64,000 nucleotides of DNA from Mustelus asterias (lineage: Eukaryota), in contig NC_135825.1 of NCBI RefSeq assembly GCF_964213995.1, positions 26,350,001 through 26,414,000 of the forward strand. Direction: 5' to 3'. The notes under the pieces are model-generated. The model saw only the letters and a program-made list of their open reading frames with translations. It did not search any database and had not been told where the DNA came from. Below are positions 34,111 through 46,508 of the stretch, in pieces. The translations under genes and the position numbers were made by a program. Each line of letters opens with the position of its first letter. The stretch's first letter is position 1.

Positions 34111-37100
34111 ACCCAAAGGGATTTTAATACTCGCACTGGATGGCTTCCTTTTGTTGATAGGAATTGGCCGAGTGATGTCATGCCGGCGTGAATAACTATT
34201 GGTTTTCAAAAGAGAAAACCAGTCATGGTGACCACTCTGGGGCCGCAGGAGCACCTGGAGGCCTCAGGCTGGGCACCTGGAGGTTCCCCCTAGGGACACT
34301 GCTGGGTGCACTGCCGAGTGGGCAGTGTCAAATGGATACATGAAGGGGCAGTGCCAAGGGAGCTCTAGCGGGGGGTAACCTTCCCCATTGAGTGGGGGTT
34401 CCACTCTTGTGTGACGGGAGGGGAGAGGGGAAAGCCCTAATGACAACACTGAGGGGGCGGGGGAGGGGTGATGGGGAGAGGGGAGAGGCCCCCAATAACA
34501 GCTCAGGCAGGTGCTGTCCCGATGTTAGCATTGTGGAGGGGGGGTACCCCAAAGCTTGCGGGGGTGGGGGGGGAGGGGGTCCCAATCCCATTTTGGGGAC
34601 AGGAGAGTTACATGCAACTTTGGGATGGGGCACCCTTTAAAAATGGTGCACAGATCTCAGAATCCCAGTTTTGCTGTTGTGGTTAGGCACCCCCCCCCTC
34701 CCCCCCCCCCACACACACACACACACACAAGCTGGCTGTGAGATCCTCACCAGCAATTTGAAATTGCACAGGGTGCTGTTTAATCGGGTGAGTTTCACAC
34801 AGCTTTGCTCCCCATGATCCAGCACTCTGTGCAATTTGGGGAAAATGCCAAGCATTTTTCCTCTTGGAGGTTAAGGAGAATTGTCCCATGTACATACTGG
34901 TTGGATGTGGCCTCCTGCTGAGTGACCTCTCCTCTTTGCATCTCCTCCCACTTCTAGCAGTGTGTCCAGCTCTATGTTGCCTCTGTTCATCTATTCATTG
35001 TCTAAGTCATGCTGTATTCCAAGTGGAATGCCTATTTCTGCACACATGCCTGGTTTATGCAGAACCCTTGAGGCCAGGACCAAGTCCTTCAGCGCCTACC
35101 ACCCCATTCCCTGGACACTCTCACAGCTGTAAAAACCTCATGAAAGAACCAAACACTCATACAATCACAGCAACATCCAATGGAAATCAATCAGCAACTT
35201 AGCCGAAAATAGTTGGTGATTCCTGTAAATGACACTGCCGGTGTAGGAGGGTGCGCAGTGTCAGGGATGGGGGGAAAGGGTCCTTCCCATTGCTGACATG
35301 TGTTCAGTTGGTTTTACCTGTAGCACTGGGCTCCAAAATAGTAGTTTTAACACTAAATCAATGTTATGGAAGGATACGCGTGCAACACAGGCACAATTTT
35401 GGATCTCTCAGGCCACTTTGAGCACCCAAAAAATGAAAGCTGCAGTTGTGAAACTTGCGCCAAGTATCTATGTGTAACAACATTTGGGTTTTGGAGTTGT
35501 GAGATTTTCTTTCTATCTCCAAAATGCGAGCATCAATGCAATTTACACTGTATTAACACCATCATGCTCTTTGTCACATTTTTCTCTTTTTGTCAATCAA
35601 TGTTATATACCTTTGAATGAATCTTTTAACACATGGGAGTAATTGTGTGCCCCAGTATAAAATGGGTGATAACAAATCAACAGCTTATATTCCATCTCTC
35701 CCAGTTTTTACTTCTAGTGATTTTTGAACAAATGAAACGGTTCATTTGCTCCTGGCATAAATGATACACAATCCTGCTAATTAATGTATTTCACTAACTG
35801 CAATTTGTCCTTCAGAACCAGAACAATGCACAACTTTCATCAGAGTCTTATGAGTGATTCTTACAATAATCAACCAACAAGGTCTTTTCAGAGCTGTTTA
35901 TAGACATTACACGTTTTGCTTTTGCCGCTCTTTGTCCTTCCTGCCGCTGTTTAATTTTAGCCAAATATGTTCATTACTTTAGATTTGTAAGAACTATTTC
36001 CTCCCTCTTGACATCAGCTTATTCAAGTTTGCACTCTGCAAAGGGAGATGCTGCAAAAGATGCAACTGCTGGATTATTGAAAAGAAGGTCCATTCATAGA
36101 AGCTGATGTTGGATCACGAAGGAATAAACGATTTAATAAAAATCCCAAATTGTAACAGCATAGAAGAACCATGAGATCCCAAAAATAATGCATCTCATTC
36201 TAGGTGCGATGACAGGTGGCATACTGCATATCTACCATCAAAACATCCCTTGGGAGACAATTTTATTGCATTACAAAGTAAATACCGCTTCCCTAGCAGA
36301 TGGCATCAATTGATTAGGCATTCTCTTGAGCTTTGTGTGTTCTGTTGTTTGAGTGTATGCTAAAATTTTTCGATTACGCTGCAGGGACCTGTGTTAACCA
36401 AGCCTACCAGTGCCCATGTTAATGAAGATCTATTCTAATTAATCACATCTGCCAAAAAAAACTCTGACATTTGTCTTAACCTTTCTTCAAACCTAGTCAA
36501 TTTTAATGTTAAAAAAAAAGATTTTCTTTCACAAAAAGCGCACAAGAATTGGTTAGCTCATTCTTAAAAGATTTTTAAGCGCAAGATGTAATTTACAAAT
36601 TTTCTGTCATATAAATGTTGGTCTATCTCAGTGCACTGCTAAAGGGAAAATGTTAAAAGAAAGATTCAGTAATATAACAGGAAACACAAGCAGCCAATTT
36701 ACACTTTATTATTTACCAGTAGCTTGTAGGAAATGAGCTAAGAATTGTTATTTTTCCCCATCACCCTTCAAAAGACAAAAGTTTCCCAAGTTCACCATGT
36801 TTCTTTCTTGCTCTCATTATGTTTTACAGCCCATTTTTCTCTCTTCCTTTTATTTTCTGTCTGAGAATTTACCAATAATGATGTCTATCCTCCAGCATCT
36901 TAGCTTCCAATGCCTTCCTTTGTATCTTTGTTCATGCACTGACCACAATTTCTGTTTTCCTCCTCTATTCAGATGTTTGACCGTTCTGTTTTATGGGAAT
37001 GATTTATAAATATGTTAGCATTTACTCAGTGATTATCTGCCTCTCCTGCGATGATGGTAAAAGAATGGTTATTCACATATTCAGTGGTCTGCAACCTCCA

Positions 37101-38276
37101 AGGCATGACATTAAATGCTTAGGCCTACAAGTGGAGTTCCAGGTGAGCCTGTGTGAGTTGGCTGGATATAATGTGCCAGAGAGAAAGCAGGAAGCATTTG
37201 TGATTCAAAGATTATATGTTCCTTTCAGATTGTTCTGAGCTAACTGACAAATAGGAGCCCTGTCTGCTTTCATCTGGCGTGGATGTGCTACAGAGGAAGT
37301 TAATTGGTTGATTTATATCGGGATTCATGGGAATCTGAAACAGGGGTTCAAAGAAGCAGCTGAATGGTATTAATTCAATGGCTTCTCTGTCTTTGTAATC
37401 GTCATCCAGCGAAATGAACATTGGAACATAGCCAGAGTTTGTAGTAGAGGTAGCCAATTTTCCTGTCGCCTGTTCAGCATCTGTCTACTCATCAAGAGAT
37501 AGCAATAGAAATTACCCTGCTTGAGATCATATTGATGCTTCAAGATCTATATGAATTGATGGTTCTGATCTTTGATGCAATCACAATTCTTTTCCCAGCT
37601 AAAGGAACTCGACTTGTAAAGATTCCCTCAAATAGTGAGTTTGCGGAGAGCTCAATTAGATGGCTGTTGGGATGAAATTCATCTTGGGTGGGAGCTTGAA
37701 AGGGGGACGATAAATAGGCAGCTTGGTTCGTGCGTTCCTCAATTAAATTTTCAATTGAAGTCTCATTATTGACCCGTTAAGTCTGAATTAAGATAAGTCT
37801 TTCAATTCACGGGGCACTGGTATCAGCACTGGGGAAAGTGAGAGTTGTATCATCGGGGTAGTCTTCCCCTGAACTGTACGGGGACCAGTGTTGTGGTGAG
37901 TCGTATAACTAGGATGGTAGAGATAGCTTTAAACTAAAAAGTGGGGGAGGAGCGATAAAGCAAGGGAAGAATGTCAAATTAAACAGAGAGGACAAGGCAA
38001 GAAATCAAGGTAGCAATAAGAGAAATTATAATCATTGTCAGGCAGGAAGGGACAGAATGCACAAACTTAAGAGTACACCAAATGATAAGGCTAGAGGTTG
38101 CAAAAATAATAAAATGACAGCATTAAAAGAGCTCTATTTGAATGCACACAACATTTGCAACAAAGCAGCTGAATTGATGTCACAATTAAAGTAAATGATC
38201 TAATTGCAATTATGGAGACATGATCATAGGTTGACCAAGGCTGGGAACTGAATGTTCAAGGATATTCAACATTAGG

Positions 38277-39875
38277 GTGACATGGTGGCACAGTGATTAT
38301 CACTGTTGCCTCACAGCATGAAGAGCCTGGGTTCAATTTTGGCCTTGGGCCTGTGTGGAGTCTGCACATTCTCCCTGTGTCTGTGTGCGTTTCTTCTGGG
38401 TCATCCAGTTACTTCCCAGCCCAAAGATGTGCAGATTAGGTGGAGTGGCCATGCTAAATTGCCCTTTATTGTTCCATGATGTGTGGGTTAGATTGATTAG
38501 CCATGGTAAATGTATAGGATTACAGGGATAGGGTGGGGGAGAGGGCCTAGGTGAGATACTGGGCCTGATTTTAACAAAACTTCGCGCCCGTTTCTGGGCG
38601 CAAAATCGCGGTAAAGTTGAGCGTCGGGCCTATACTGCGATCTGCACCCGATTCCAAGCAGATCGCGGCTTTACCGACACCTGATTCAGGCACGGGTCCA
38701 GCGCACGCCCGATGATTTAAATGCATTTGCGCTGCGTTAAATGCGTCTGCGCTGTTACCGACCTGCAAAATAAAAGTCTGAAGTCACCGCTGCAGCCTCC
38801 GAAGAGCGGGGTCAGAGACTGCAACGACTCTCTGACCCAGGTCATCCTCTGGTTGGGGCGGGAGAGGGGTGGGAGGGGGAGAGGGGGTGTGACGTCTCAT
38901 TCCCTGGGGGGGAGGGTGGGAGGGGAGCGGGTGTGACATCTCATCTCCTGGGGGGGTGCGAGGGGTGTGAGGGGAGGGGGTATGACTGATCATCCCCTGG
39001 GGGGAGTGGAGAGGGGGTGTGATGTCTCATCCTCTGGGGGGGGTTGGGAGGGGAGGGGGTGTGACCGATCATCCCCTGGGGGGGGAGGAGAGGGGGTGTG
39101 ACCGATCATCCCCTGAGGGGGGATGGGGAGGGGGGGTAGAGACGGGGTGTGACATCTCATCCTCTGGTTGGGGGGGGTTCCACTGCGTGTCTGCGGCCGA
39201 TCCCTCCTGGCACCATCACTGGTACACTACCTGCCACAGATTGCTCTTCCCTGCAGGTGCGAGAGAGCGAGAGAGATGGCTGTGGCTGGTAGTGTCCCCA
39301 GTGATGGTGCCAGGAGGGATCGGCCACAGACAGGCAGCGGAACCCCCCCTGACCAGAGGATGATCCATCACACCCCCTCTCCTCCTCCTCCGCCCCCCCA
39401 ACCCCCCCCCTCCCCAACCAGGGGATGATCGGTCACACCCCATCTCCCGCCCCCCCCCCCCGAGTGGATGATACGTCACACTCCGTCTCCACCCACCCCC
39501 CCCAGGGGAAGATCGGTCACACCCCCTCCCCTCCCCCCCCCCCGACCAGAGGATGACCATCAGAGAGCCACTCTCTCCGCTTTCTGCTTTTTATTTCGCG
39601 CCCGGCCGCAATGTCAGATTTTTTTCGAACTGCGCATGCGCAGCTCAGAGCTCCAATTGGTTCGCCAGCGCTAAGCCCCCCCACAGCGTGGATTGGGCCA
39701 GAGCTGGCAAAACGTGTATGGGCGCGCTGGAAAGAGAATTCCAGGCGCGGATCTATTTGACGCCCAGATCCGGCACTTAGACTCAAAATGGTAAAATTCC
39801 CCCCACTGTGTCAGAGAGTTGGTGTAGACTCGATGGGCCAAATGGCCTCCCTCTGCACTATAGGGATTCTATGAT
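38277..39875 (+). mobile_element. HE1-type SINE split by the MITE at 38561-39804
   Basis: Head and body at 38277-38560; tail resumes at 39808-39875. Confidence 0.8.
38561..39804. mobile_element. Harbinger-type MITE with internal foldback
   Basis: TIRs GGGCCTGATTTTAACA / TGGTAAAATTCCCCCC; TSD ACT (38558-38560, 39805-39807); same family as 27638-29448. Confidence 0.85.
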
Positions 39876-40024
39876 CATTTAAGAAGAATAGGCAAAAAGG
39901 AAAAGGAGGTGGTGTTAATAAAGTATGGGATCGGAACATTAGTGAGAGAGGAGTTTAGATCAGAACATCAAGATGTAAAATTAGTTTATGTGGAGGTAAG
40001 AAATGTAAAATTAGTTTATGTGGA

Positions 40025-40335
40025 GGCACGGTGGCACAGTGGTTAGCACTGCTGCCTCACAACTCCAGGGACCCGGGTTCGATTCCCAGCTTGGGTCACT
40101 GTATGTGTGGAGTCTGCACGTTCTCCTCGTATCAGAGTGGGTTTCCTCTGAATGCTCCGGTTTCCTCCCACAGTCCAAAGATGTGTGCGTTAGGCGGATT
40201 GGCCATGCTAAATTGCCCCTTAATTTCAGGGGGACTAACTAGGGTAAATGTATGGGTTATGGGGATAGAGCCTGGAAGTGATTGTGGTCAGTGCAGACTC
40301 AATGGGTCGAATGGCCTCCTCTGCACTTAATGATT
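40025..40335 (+). mobile_element. HE1-type SINE
   Basis: GGCACGGTGGCACAGTGGTTAGCACTGCTGCCTCACA head, B box GGTTCGATTCC, V-domain, tail. Confidence 0.85.
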
Positions 40336-40407
40336 CAAAAAATAGCAAGGGCAGTAAACATTAGTAGGAATTGTTTAAAGGCCACCAACAGAGGGGACAG
40401 TATAAAT

Positions 40408-40700
40408 TGCCCCAGCGAATACCTTGACCAATTAGAGTCAAGCCGCCTGATTTAAATTTCAAACAATGCTTTGCAGTTAACTGTCAGTCACCTCAACTAG
40501 TGTATCATCCATAATAATGCCTCTATCAATCAGAGTCCACTTACTAATTAATCAGCAGTCCCTCCTCATACAGTCCAAATTTGTTGATTTCCCTTACATT
40601 GAATTCTTACGAATGTCCTAATGAGTGCAAGAGGAAAGATTTCAACAAAAAATGTTTTTTTCAGCAATACTCAAGTTTTGTTCTACCAAGTGATGATTTC
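40408..40700 (+). mobile_element. Probable non-autonomous Penelope-like terminal repeat with a decayed hammerhead
   Basis: TGTC-CTAATGA-GTGCAAGAG-GAAA-GATTTC-AACA (~40614-40647) resembles a mutated CUGAUGA..GAAA..UC motif. Confidence 0.4.
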
Positions 40701-41086
40701 TACTTAGTTGAAAGAAAGATTTGAATGAATTAATCACAGAGCAGAACTATTAATCCATAAAAATGCATGAAGTAACAACAACATGATCTCAAGCAAGGCC
40801 ATGGATTGATAGAAAGATGTTTCAACATTTGTAAATTTTATGCAGGATTTCTTTTTGAGAAGAGCGAGAGAGAGGAAGTTGGCTTTGTAAAGAGGGTTTA
40901 AACATTACTGTTTGCAGGGCACAACTAAGGCTGGAAACAATTGGAAGATTGAGTTAGATCACGATAGAGGCAATCGTGACCAGACGATGCCAGGCTGGAA
41001 TTTTAACAATGTGCAGATTCCTGAAGGAAGGTAAAACTGAGGGAGGTGAAAGATTCTGTAGCATTTATATTCTGGAGATACTAAAC

Positions 41087-41426
41087 TAGCACTGCTACCT
41101 TGCAGCGCCAGGGACCTGGGTTGATTCCAGCCTTGGTTGAATGTTTGTGTCGAGTTTGCACATTCACCCCATATCTGTGTGTGTTTCCTCCGGGTGCTCC
41201 AGTTTCCTCCCGTACTCCAGAGATTCAGGTTAGCTGAATTGGCCATGCTAAATTGCTCCTTAGTGTCCCAAGATGTGTAGGTTGGGGGATTAGTAGGGTA
41301 AATGCGTGGGGTTACGGGGTTAGGGCTAGAGGTGAGCCTGGGTAAGATGCTCTGTCAGAGAGTCAGTGCAGACTCAATGGGCCGAATGGCCTCCTTCTGC
41401 ACTGTAGGGATTCTATGATTCTATGA
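41087..41426 (+). mobile_element. HE1-type SINE
   Basis: V-domain and (GATTCTAT)n tail. Confidence 0.8.
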
Positions 41427-41638
41427 CTAGAGACTGTGCAATGAGCGTTAATGGCTGGATACTTTGGATCAACAAGGATAATGAAACAAAAGCAAAATAT
41501 TGCAAACACCATTGAATTAATGCTGGACTAAATAACAAGTATGTGACTGAAGTTCTGTTTAGAAATAAAGTAGAAATAAGAGGGCAGATATTCCTTTTTT
41601 GCACCTGGGTATTAAACAATTACCTGTGTGGAATGTAT

Positions 41639-41861
41639 ATAGAACATAGAACAGTACAGCACAGTACAGGCCCTTCGGCCCTTGATGTTGTGCCGAGCTT
41701 TGTCCGAAACCAAGATCAAGCTATCCCACTCCCTATCATTCTGGTGTGCTCCATGTACCTATCCAATAACCGCTTGAAAGTTCCTAAAGTGTCCGACTCC
41801 ACTATCAAAGCAGGCAGTCTATTCCGCACCCCAACCACTCTCTGAGTAAAGAACCTTCCTC
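41639..41861 (-). mobile_element. CR1-type LINE 3' tail
   Basis: ATAGAACATAGAACAGTACAGCACAG...; flanked by a GTAT duplication; tail resembles that of 55861-56628. Confidence 0.75.
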
Positions 41862-42640
41862 GTATGGAGGATAATTAGGCGAGTTTCATTGTGGACAATG
41901 GGCAAGGTTTATTGAGTCCATTCGATATGGACACAAACCCTATAATGGCCACTAAATCTCATGACAGGCCAAAAATGGGAATTACTCTGTGAGATTTCAG
42001 AATGCGATCTTCCCTGGCCTTCCCCGATGACCCGATCAGGTTCATGCCCAGAAAAGACGTGGACCTAATTTGCATATATTTGAATCCATTAGATTATTTT
42101 TAGCATGGTTAACATCGCGTCTTCAGACCTCACTGAATTTTCCTATCTGTCAGCGTGATGTCACATGGGCGTGAATTACGACTGCTTTTTAAAAATGGGA
42201 ACCAGGCGTCATGATCTCTGAGCGGGAATAAGGAGGTGAGTGCCCCTCTCCATCTTATACCAGGGTGCACAAGGGGACAGTCGAGTGGTTGGTTCAAGGG
42301 TATTGGTGGATGGGGAGGTGGATGTTGGGGATGAGGGGGAGTGGTTGCTGGCCTCCTGCGGGATGGAGTTAGTGGCTGGTGTGTGTTGTCCTGAAGTCTT
42401 CAGCCTGTCAGTCTTAAAATCCCTTCACAGCCAGAATGAATGTAGATGCTTTTTGCTTTCACAGCACCTCACTGGCCTGATAAGAGGACAGGTGCTCCTT
42501 TTTTGCACCTGGGTGTTAAACAAATACCTGTGTGGAATGTATGGCAGATAATTAGACGGGTTTCATTGTGGACAATGGGTGGAGTTTATTTGGTCCATTA
42601 GCCATGGGCACGAATCCCATAATGGCCACTAAATCTCACG

Positions 42641-42915
42641 ATGTGCTTCTGCTGCCTCCACAGGTCTGCTGGGGCCCTACAGTACAGTTCCCAGAGGGTC
42701 TCCCGCATCATCGTTGTCTGCTGTGCCCAACATAACGTAGCGCAGCATCAGGGTAATGTCCTTGATGAGGAAATCAGGAGGACCAGAACATTTCCTCTGA
42801 GGAGGACAACCAGGAGAGAATGGAGGGAGATGCTGAAGAGGAGCGGGAGGATAGAGGCCAGGTAAAGGCAGGGGTTCACAAGGGCAGGAGGACCAGGGAC
42901 GACCTCATTGCTTCA
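42641..42915 (+). pseudogene. Harbinger (HARBI1-like DDE) transposase C-terminal remnant
   Basis: MCFCCLHRSAGALQYSSQRVSRIIVVCCAQHNVA resembles the FRCLDRSGGALQYSP..V..II.ACC.LHN motif, followed by an acidic tail. Confidence 0.75.
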
Positions 42916-44632
42916 TGCTTCGCACACTAGGACCATTATGTCCTCTGGCAGTTCTACAACCCCAACTCCTCAAGACCTTTGTGGCCCCCTCCTTGACCAT
43001 GGAGGATGCCACTACAGAAACAAGGTGCTGGGCCTGGGGAGTCCTTGTGCATGCTTAGCCTGTCAATACAGGAGGGTGATGATGACTGATAGTGAGGAGA
43101 GCTCTGATGCCCCTCAGGTTTTGTTTCTGTCTGACTCCTGTCTGTTTATGACCAGCGCACTGTCTCACGGGCTCATGTGCGAGTGAGGGCGTGGGCCACA
43201 TCCTTTTGTCCCATAGGCCTAGAGGGAGAAAATAGACTAAGTCTAGGGTTCACTGATTAAGGGCAAGGTCATTCCAGAATGTATATTACTCTTCATTTGA
43301 GTGGACCTTACCATTCACCTTACATTGAGAAAAAGCTGCATTCAGATAGGTTGAGGACTTATCCCAGTGGGACGAGGGTCAAAGAGAGTGAGGCCTTAAG
43401 GTTGTGAACAACAAGAGGTTTTAATAAGGTGACTTGTGCTTTTGGGAGAATTGATTTTGAGCTCCAGTTATCGGTGTCTAACTTCACCCCTGCCCACTCT
43501 GTGCCCCTAAAACTCCTTCATGTTTCAAGCCCTCCCACTTTGTCTAAGTGTATTCCCAGGGATGCACTTCAGAAGTGGATGTGGCCTGCAACTTTCCATG
43601 CCCTGTTACCTGAGAGCCCCTTGGAAGACATCCTCTCAAGCGCCTGGCTCTGGAGCGACCCAGCTGACTTGGGGTGGCACTGATGTTGTCAGGTTACCCT
43701 GTTCTGCCTGCTGCCTCTGAAAAGCCCCAATATCAGGAAGGCGGGGGGGGGGATACAGAAAAGCTTGTCACTCCCAGAGTCTCCTGGGTGCAAGGCCCTG
43801 GGAAGGACTCCAGCCCTTCCTCCTCCCTTTGGGTGCTCATGGGCCCCAGGTTACTCCACGGGACAAAAGGGCAGCTGGAGCTCCATATGCATCGACTCCA
43901 TCTGGCATTGCCAGTCCTGGAGGCCTGCCAGTGTCTGTAGCATGATGTCGAAACCCTAAGCAATGGCCCTCTGTGTCTGGACCAAGATCTTGATGCCCTC
44001 AGCCATGGTCCTCAGAGACTGAGCCATGCCTTGGAGTACACCAGTCATGGCTCCAATGTCTTGCCCCAGGCTTTCCGCTGCGGACACCATCCATGTGAAC
44101 CCTCGCCTTTGCCTGGCCTCTATCCCCTGGCTCCTCTTCAGTGTCTTCTTCCATTCCCTCCTGGTTGTCCTCATCAGAGGAAATATTCCAGTCCTCCTGA
44201 TTTTCTTCATCGAGGACATTACCTTGATGCTGCGCTAATGTACAGCAGGCAGCAATGATGCGGGAGACCCTCTGGGAACTGTACTGTGGGGCCCCAGCAG
44301 ACCTGTGTAGGCAGCACTGTTTCTGTGTTGGCTTGGGTGCCATGCAATGCCAGGAGAATCCCCTGTGACAGAAGGCTTTAGGACTCATCCATTCGGCCTT
44401 GCAGTTGCAGGAATGTCGCTGACACCCCCTCCTGGTATTCCCAGCCCTGCCTTTGCATCTCCAGTAGCTGAGGGACGAATGTGACCAGAGGCACAGCACC
44501 TGGCTGGGGTACAGTGGTGTCCTGGGAACCAGTAGATCTCTGACTATCTGATGCCTGGGACATTCCAATCTCTACCTGATGTGCATCAGAAACTGTGTGG
44601 TGCTCACTAAAGAGTGACTCAGAAGCCTGTCT

Positions 44633-44725
44633 GCTAAGATTGCTGTAACAGTTGGTGTTGTTAAAACTGTTACTGTGTTTACCCCAGTCCAACGCCGGCA
44701 TCTCCACATCATGGCTAAGATTGCT
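44633..44725 (+). mobile_element. Tiny Penelope terminal fragment with 12-bp TSD
   Basis: Insert 44645-44713 matches 645-703; GCTAAGATTGCT at 44633-44644 and 44714-44725. Confidence 0.75.
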
Positions 44726-45024
44726 CACAGAGGTGTGTGTCTCTGCAATGGTGAAGGGTGGTGGGTGAGACCTGGGATGCTTCTACACTGTCCTCCTCGG
44801 GGATCTTCTCCGAGGTGCTGTCGAGGGTGGCTGGTGGGGCTCTGTTCATTGATGGCTGAGGTTCATTGATTGATGTTCCTGCAAGGCAAGGGATAAGGCT
44901 TTAGTACAAGGCCTGGTCAAAGGTTTAGACAATAAATAACTCGCTTGGGAATGGTCATCTAGATGTAGGTACAATGAATCCTCCCTGTCAATGCAGGCTA
45001 ACCTCACAGTCAGTGCAGGCTAAC

Positions 45025-45650
45025 CTCACAGTCAGTGGAGGCTAATATCACAGTCGGTGCAGGCACATTCCTTGTCCCCCCCGCTACAAGCTCTGCAGTC
45101 CTTTCCTCAAAAGGTGCCAGAATCCTCAACTCAGACATTCCACCACCTCTTTTCTCTCTTTCGTACCAGCCATGAGTTATCTTCCCCTGCAGGGGACACA
45201 CAAGGTGATATTGTGACCTCGATGCCTGACAGCTCGGAGGCCAAGGACATTGGCCTAGGCAGGGAGGGGTTTTGATGAGGATTACTGGGAGGTTTGAGGA
45301 TGATGCAGGGAGGTCGGGTGCTGGGAACCTGCGAGGTGGTAGCACGTGGGCTCAAAATGACAACCTGGGGGTGACGGAAGGGTCAAATGCCAAGGGGCAA
45401 CAGGGGCACTCACGCTTGCAGATTGTAGGATATCATTCATCTTTTCTGACATTGAACACCTGTCCTCTTTATCAGGCTTCTTGCACTGGTCACCTCTGCC
45501 ACCATCTCCCAGGTAGGGTTCGTCACCTTGCTGGGGGTGTGGGGTCTCCTTCCAATCCAAGGGTAGATCGTCGCCCACCTCCCCTCCAATGCATTCAGTA
45601 GTCGAGTAAATGCCCCCTTTGAGAATCTGTGCTGGTTTTCTGGCTGCCAT
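45025..45650 (-). pseudogene. Harbinger Myb/SANT-like DNA-binding protein remnant, first two exons
   Basis: ATG at 45650 (MAARK), then, with frameshifts, PTWEMVAEVTSARSLIKRTGVQCQK; donor GTGAGT at 45413; acceptor CAG at 45189-45187, then GKITHGWYEREKRGGGMSELRILAPFEERTAEL. Confidence 0.65.
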
Positions 45651-46184
45651 TCTCCTGTATAGAATGAGAGTGAGTGCTGTGGAACTGTTTGAATGCAATG
45701 CCCCCTTGATTGAAATGCTCAGATGACCCCCCGGGGCAGGTGAATCAGACGCTTTGTGCCTCAGGTTTGGCATTTATCACGTGGAGGAAATTTGTTTTTC
45801 CAAAGTGCCTAAAGTTGTTATTCTGATCCCACCATGGCACCAGCGGGAATCACACCGATCTTCAAGCCGGAAATGACACTTTGTCATTTTTTCCAGAAAA
45901 TCCCGCCCAACGTTCTTTACCCCAATATCCTTCCATATCCATAACATCTGTCATTATTTGGGATTGTGGCTAGTGCAGACTCGATGGGCCGAATGGCCTC
46001 TTTCTGTGCTGTCGGGTTTCTATGATTTAAAACTCAAATGCCAAAGGGGAGAACTCGCTGTAATGTTTCTTCTAATAGAAAAATATTTGAAGGCACAAGG
46101 AAGAGCTTATTGAAGGACAAGTTCTATAAAATATCCTACCCCATAACGGCTTTTTTCCATTGAACCCTCATTACAGGAGGGGAG

Positions 46185-46508
46185 GGGTAACATGGTGGCC
46201 CAGTGGTTACCACTGCTGCCTCACAGCTCAGGGGACCCGGGTTCAATTCCGGCTTCGGGTCACTGTCTGTGTGTAGTTTGCATGTTCTCCCCGTGTCTGC
46301 TTGGGTTTCCTCCGGGTGCTCCGGTTTCTTCCCACAGTCCAAAGGTGTGCGGGTTAGGTTGATTGGCCATGCTAAATTGCTCCTTTGTGCCAGCGGGACT
46401 AGCTAGGGTAAATGCATGGGGTTATGGGGATAGGGTGGAATTGTGATCGGTGCGGACTTGATGGGCCAAATGCCCTCTTTCTACACTGTAGGATTCTATG
46501 ATTCTATG
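46185..46508 (+). mobile_element. HE1-type SINE
   Basis: Head, V-domain and tail present. Confidence 0.85.

Larger units (their letters stand above)
37620..40410 (+). mobile_element. Decayed CR1 5'/endonuclease region with nested SINEs and a MITE
   Basis: Endonuclease remnants LYLNA, LIAIMET, QGWELNVQGYST, then FKKNRQKGKGGGV after the HE1 insertion. Confidence 0.6.
41929..45908. mobile_element. Decayed, formerly autonomous PIF/Harbinger transposon (transposase on +, Myb/SANT gene on -)
   Basis: Both protein remnants are present in convergent orientation; right end GAAAATCCCGCCC; left end degenerate. Confidence 0.7.

Noticed and set aside
37212-37457. 81-aa minus-strand ORF in unique sequence
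   Set aside because: No recognisable motif, non-ATG start, no splice support.
40025-40095. tRNA gene (A and B boxes)
   Set aside because: It is a SINE head that continues into the V-domain and tail.
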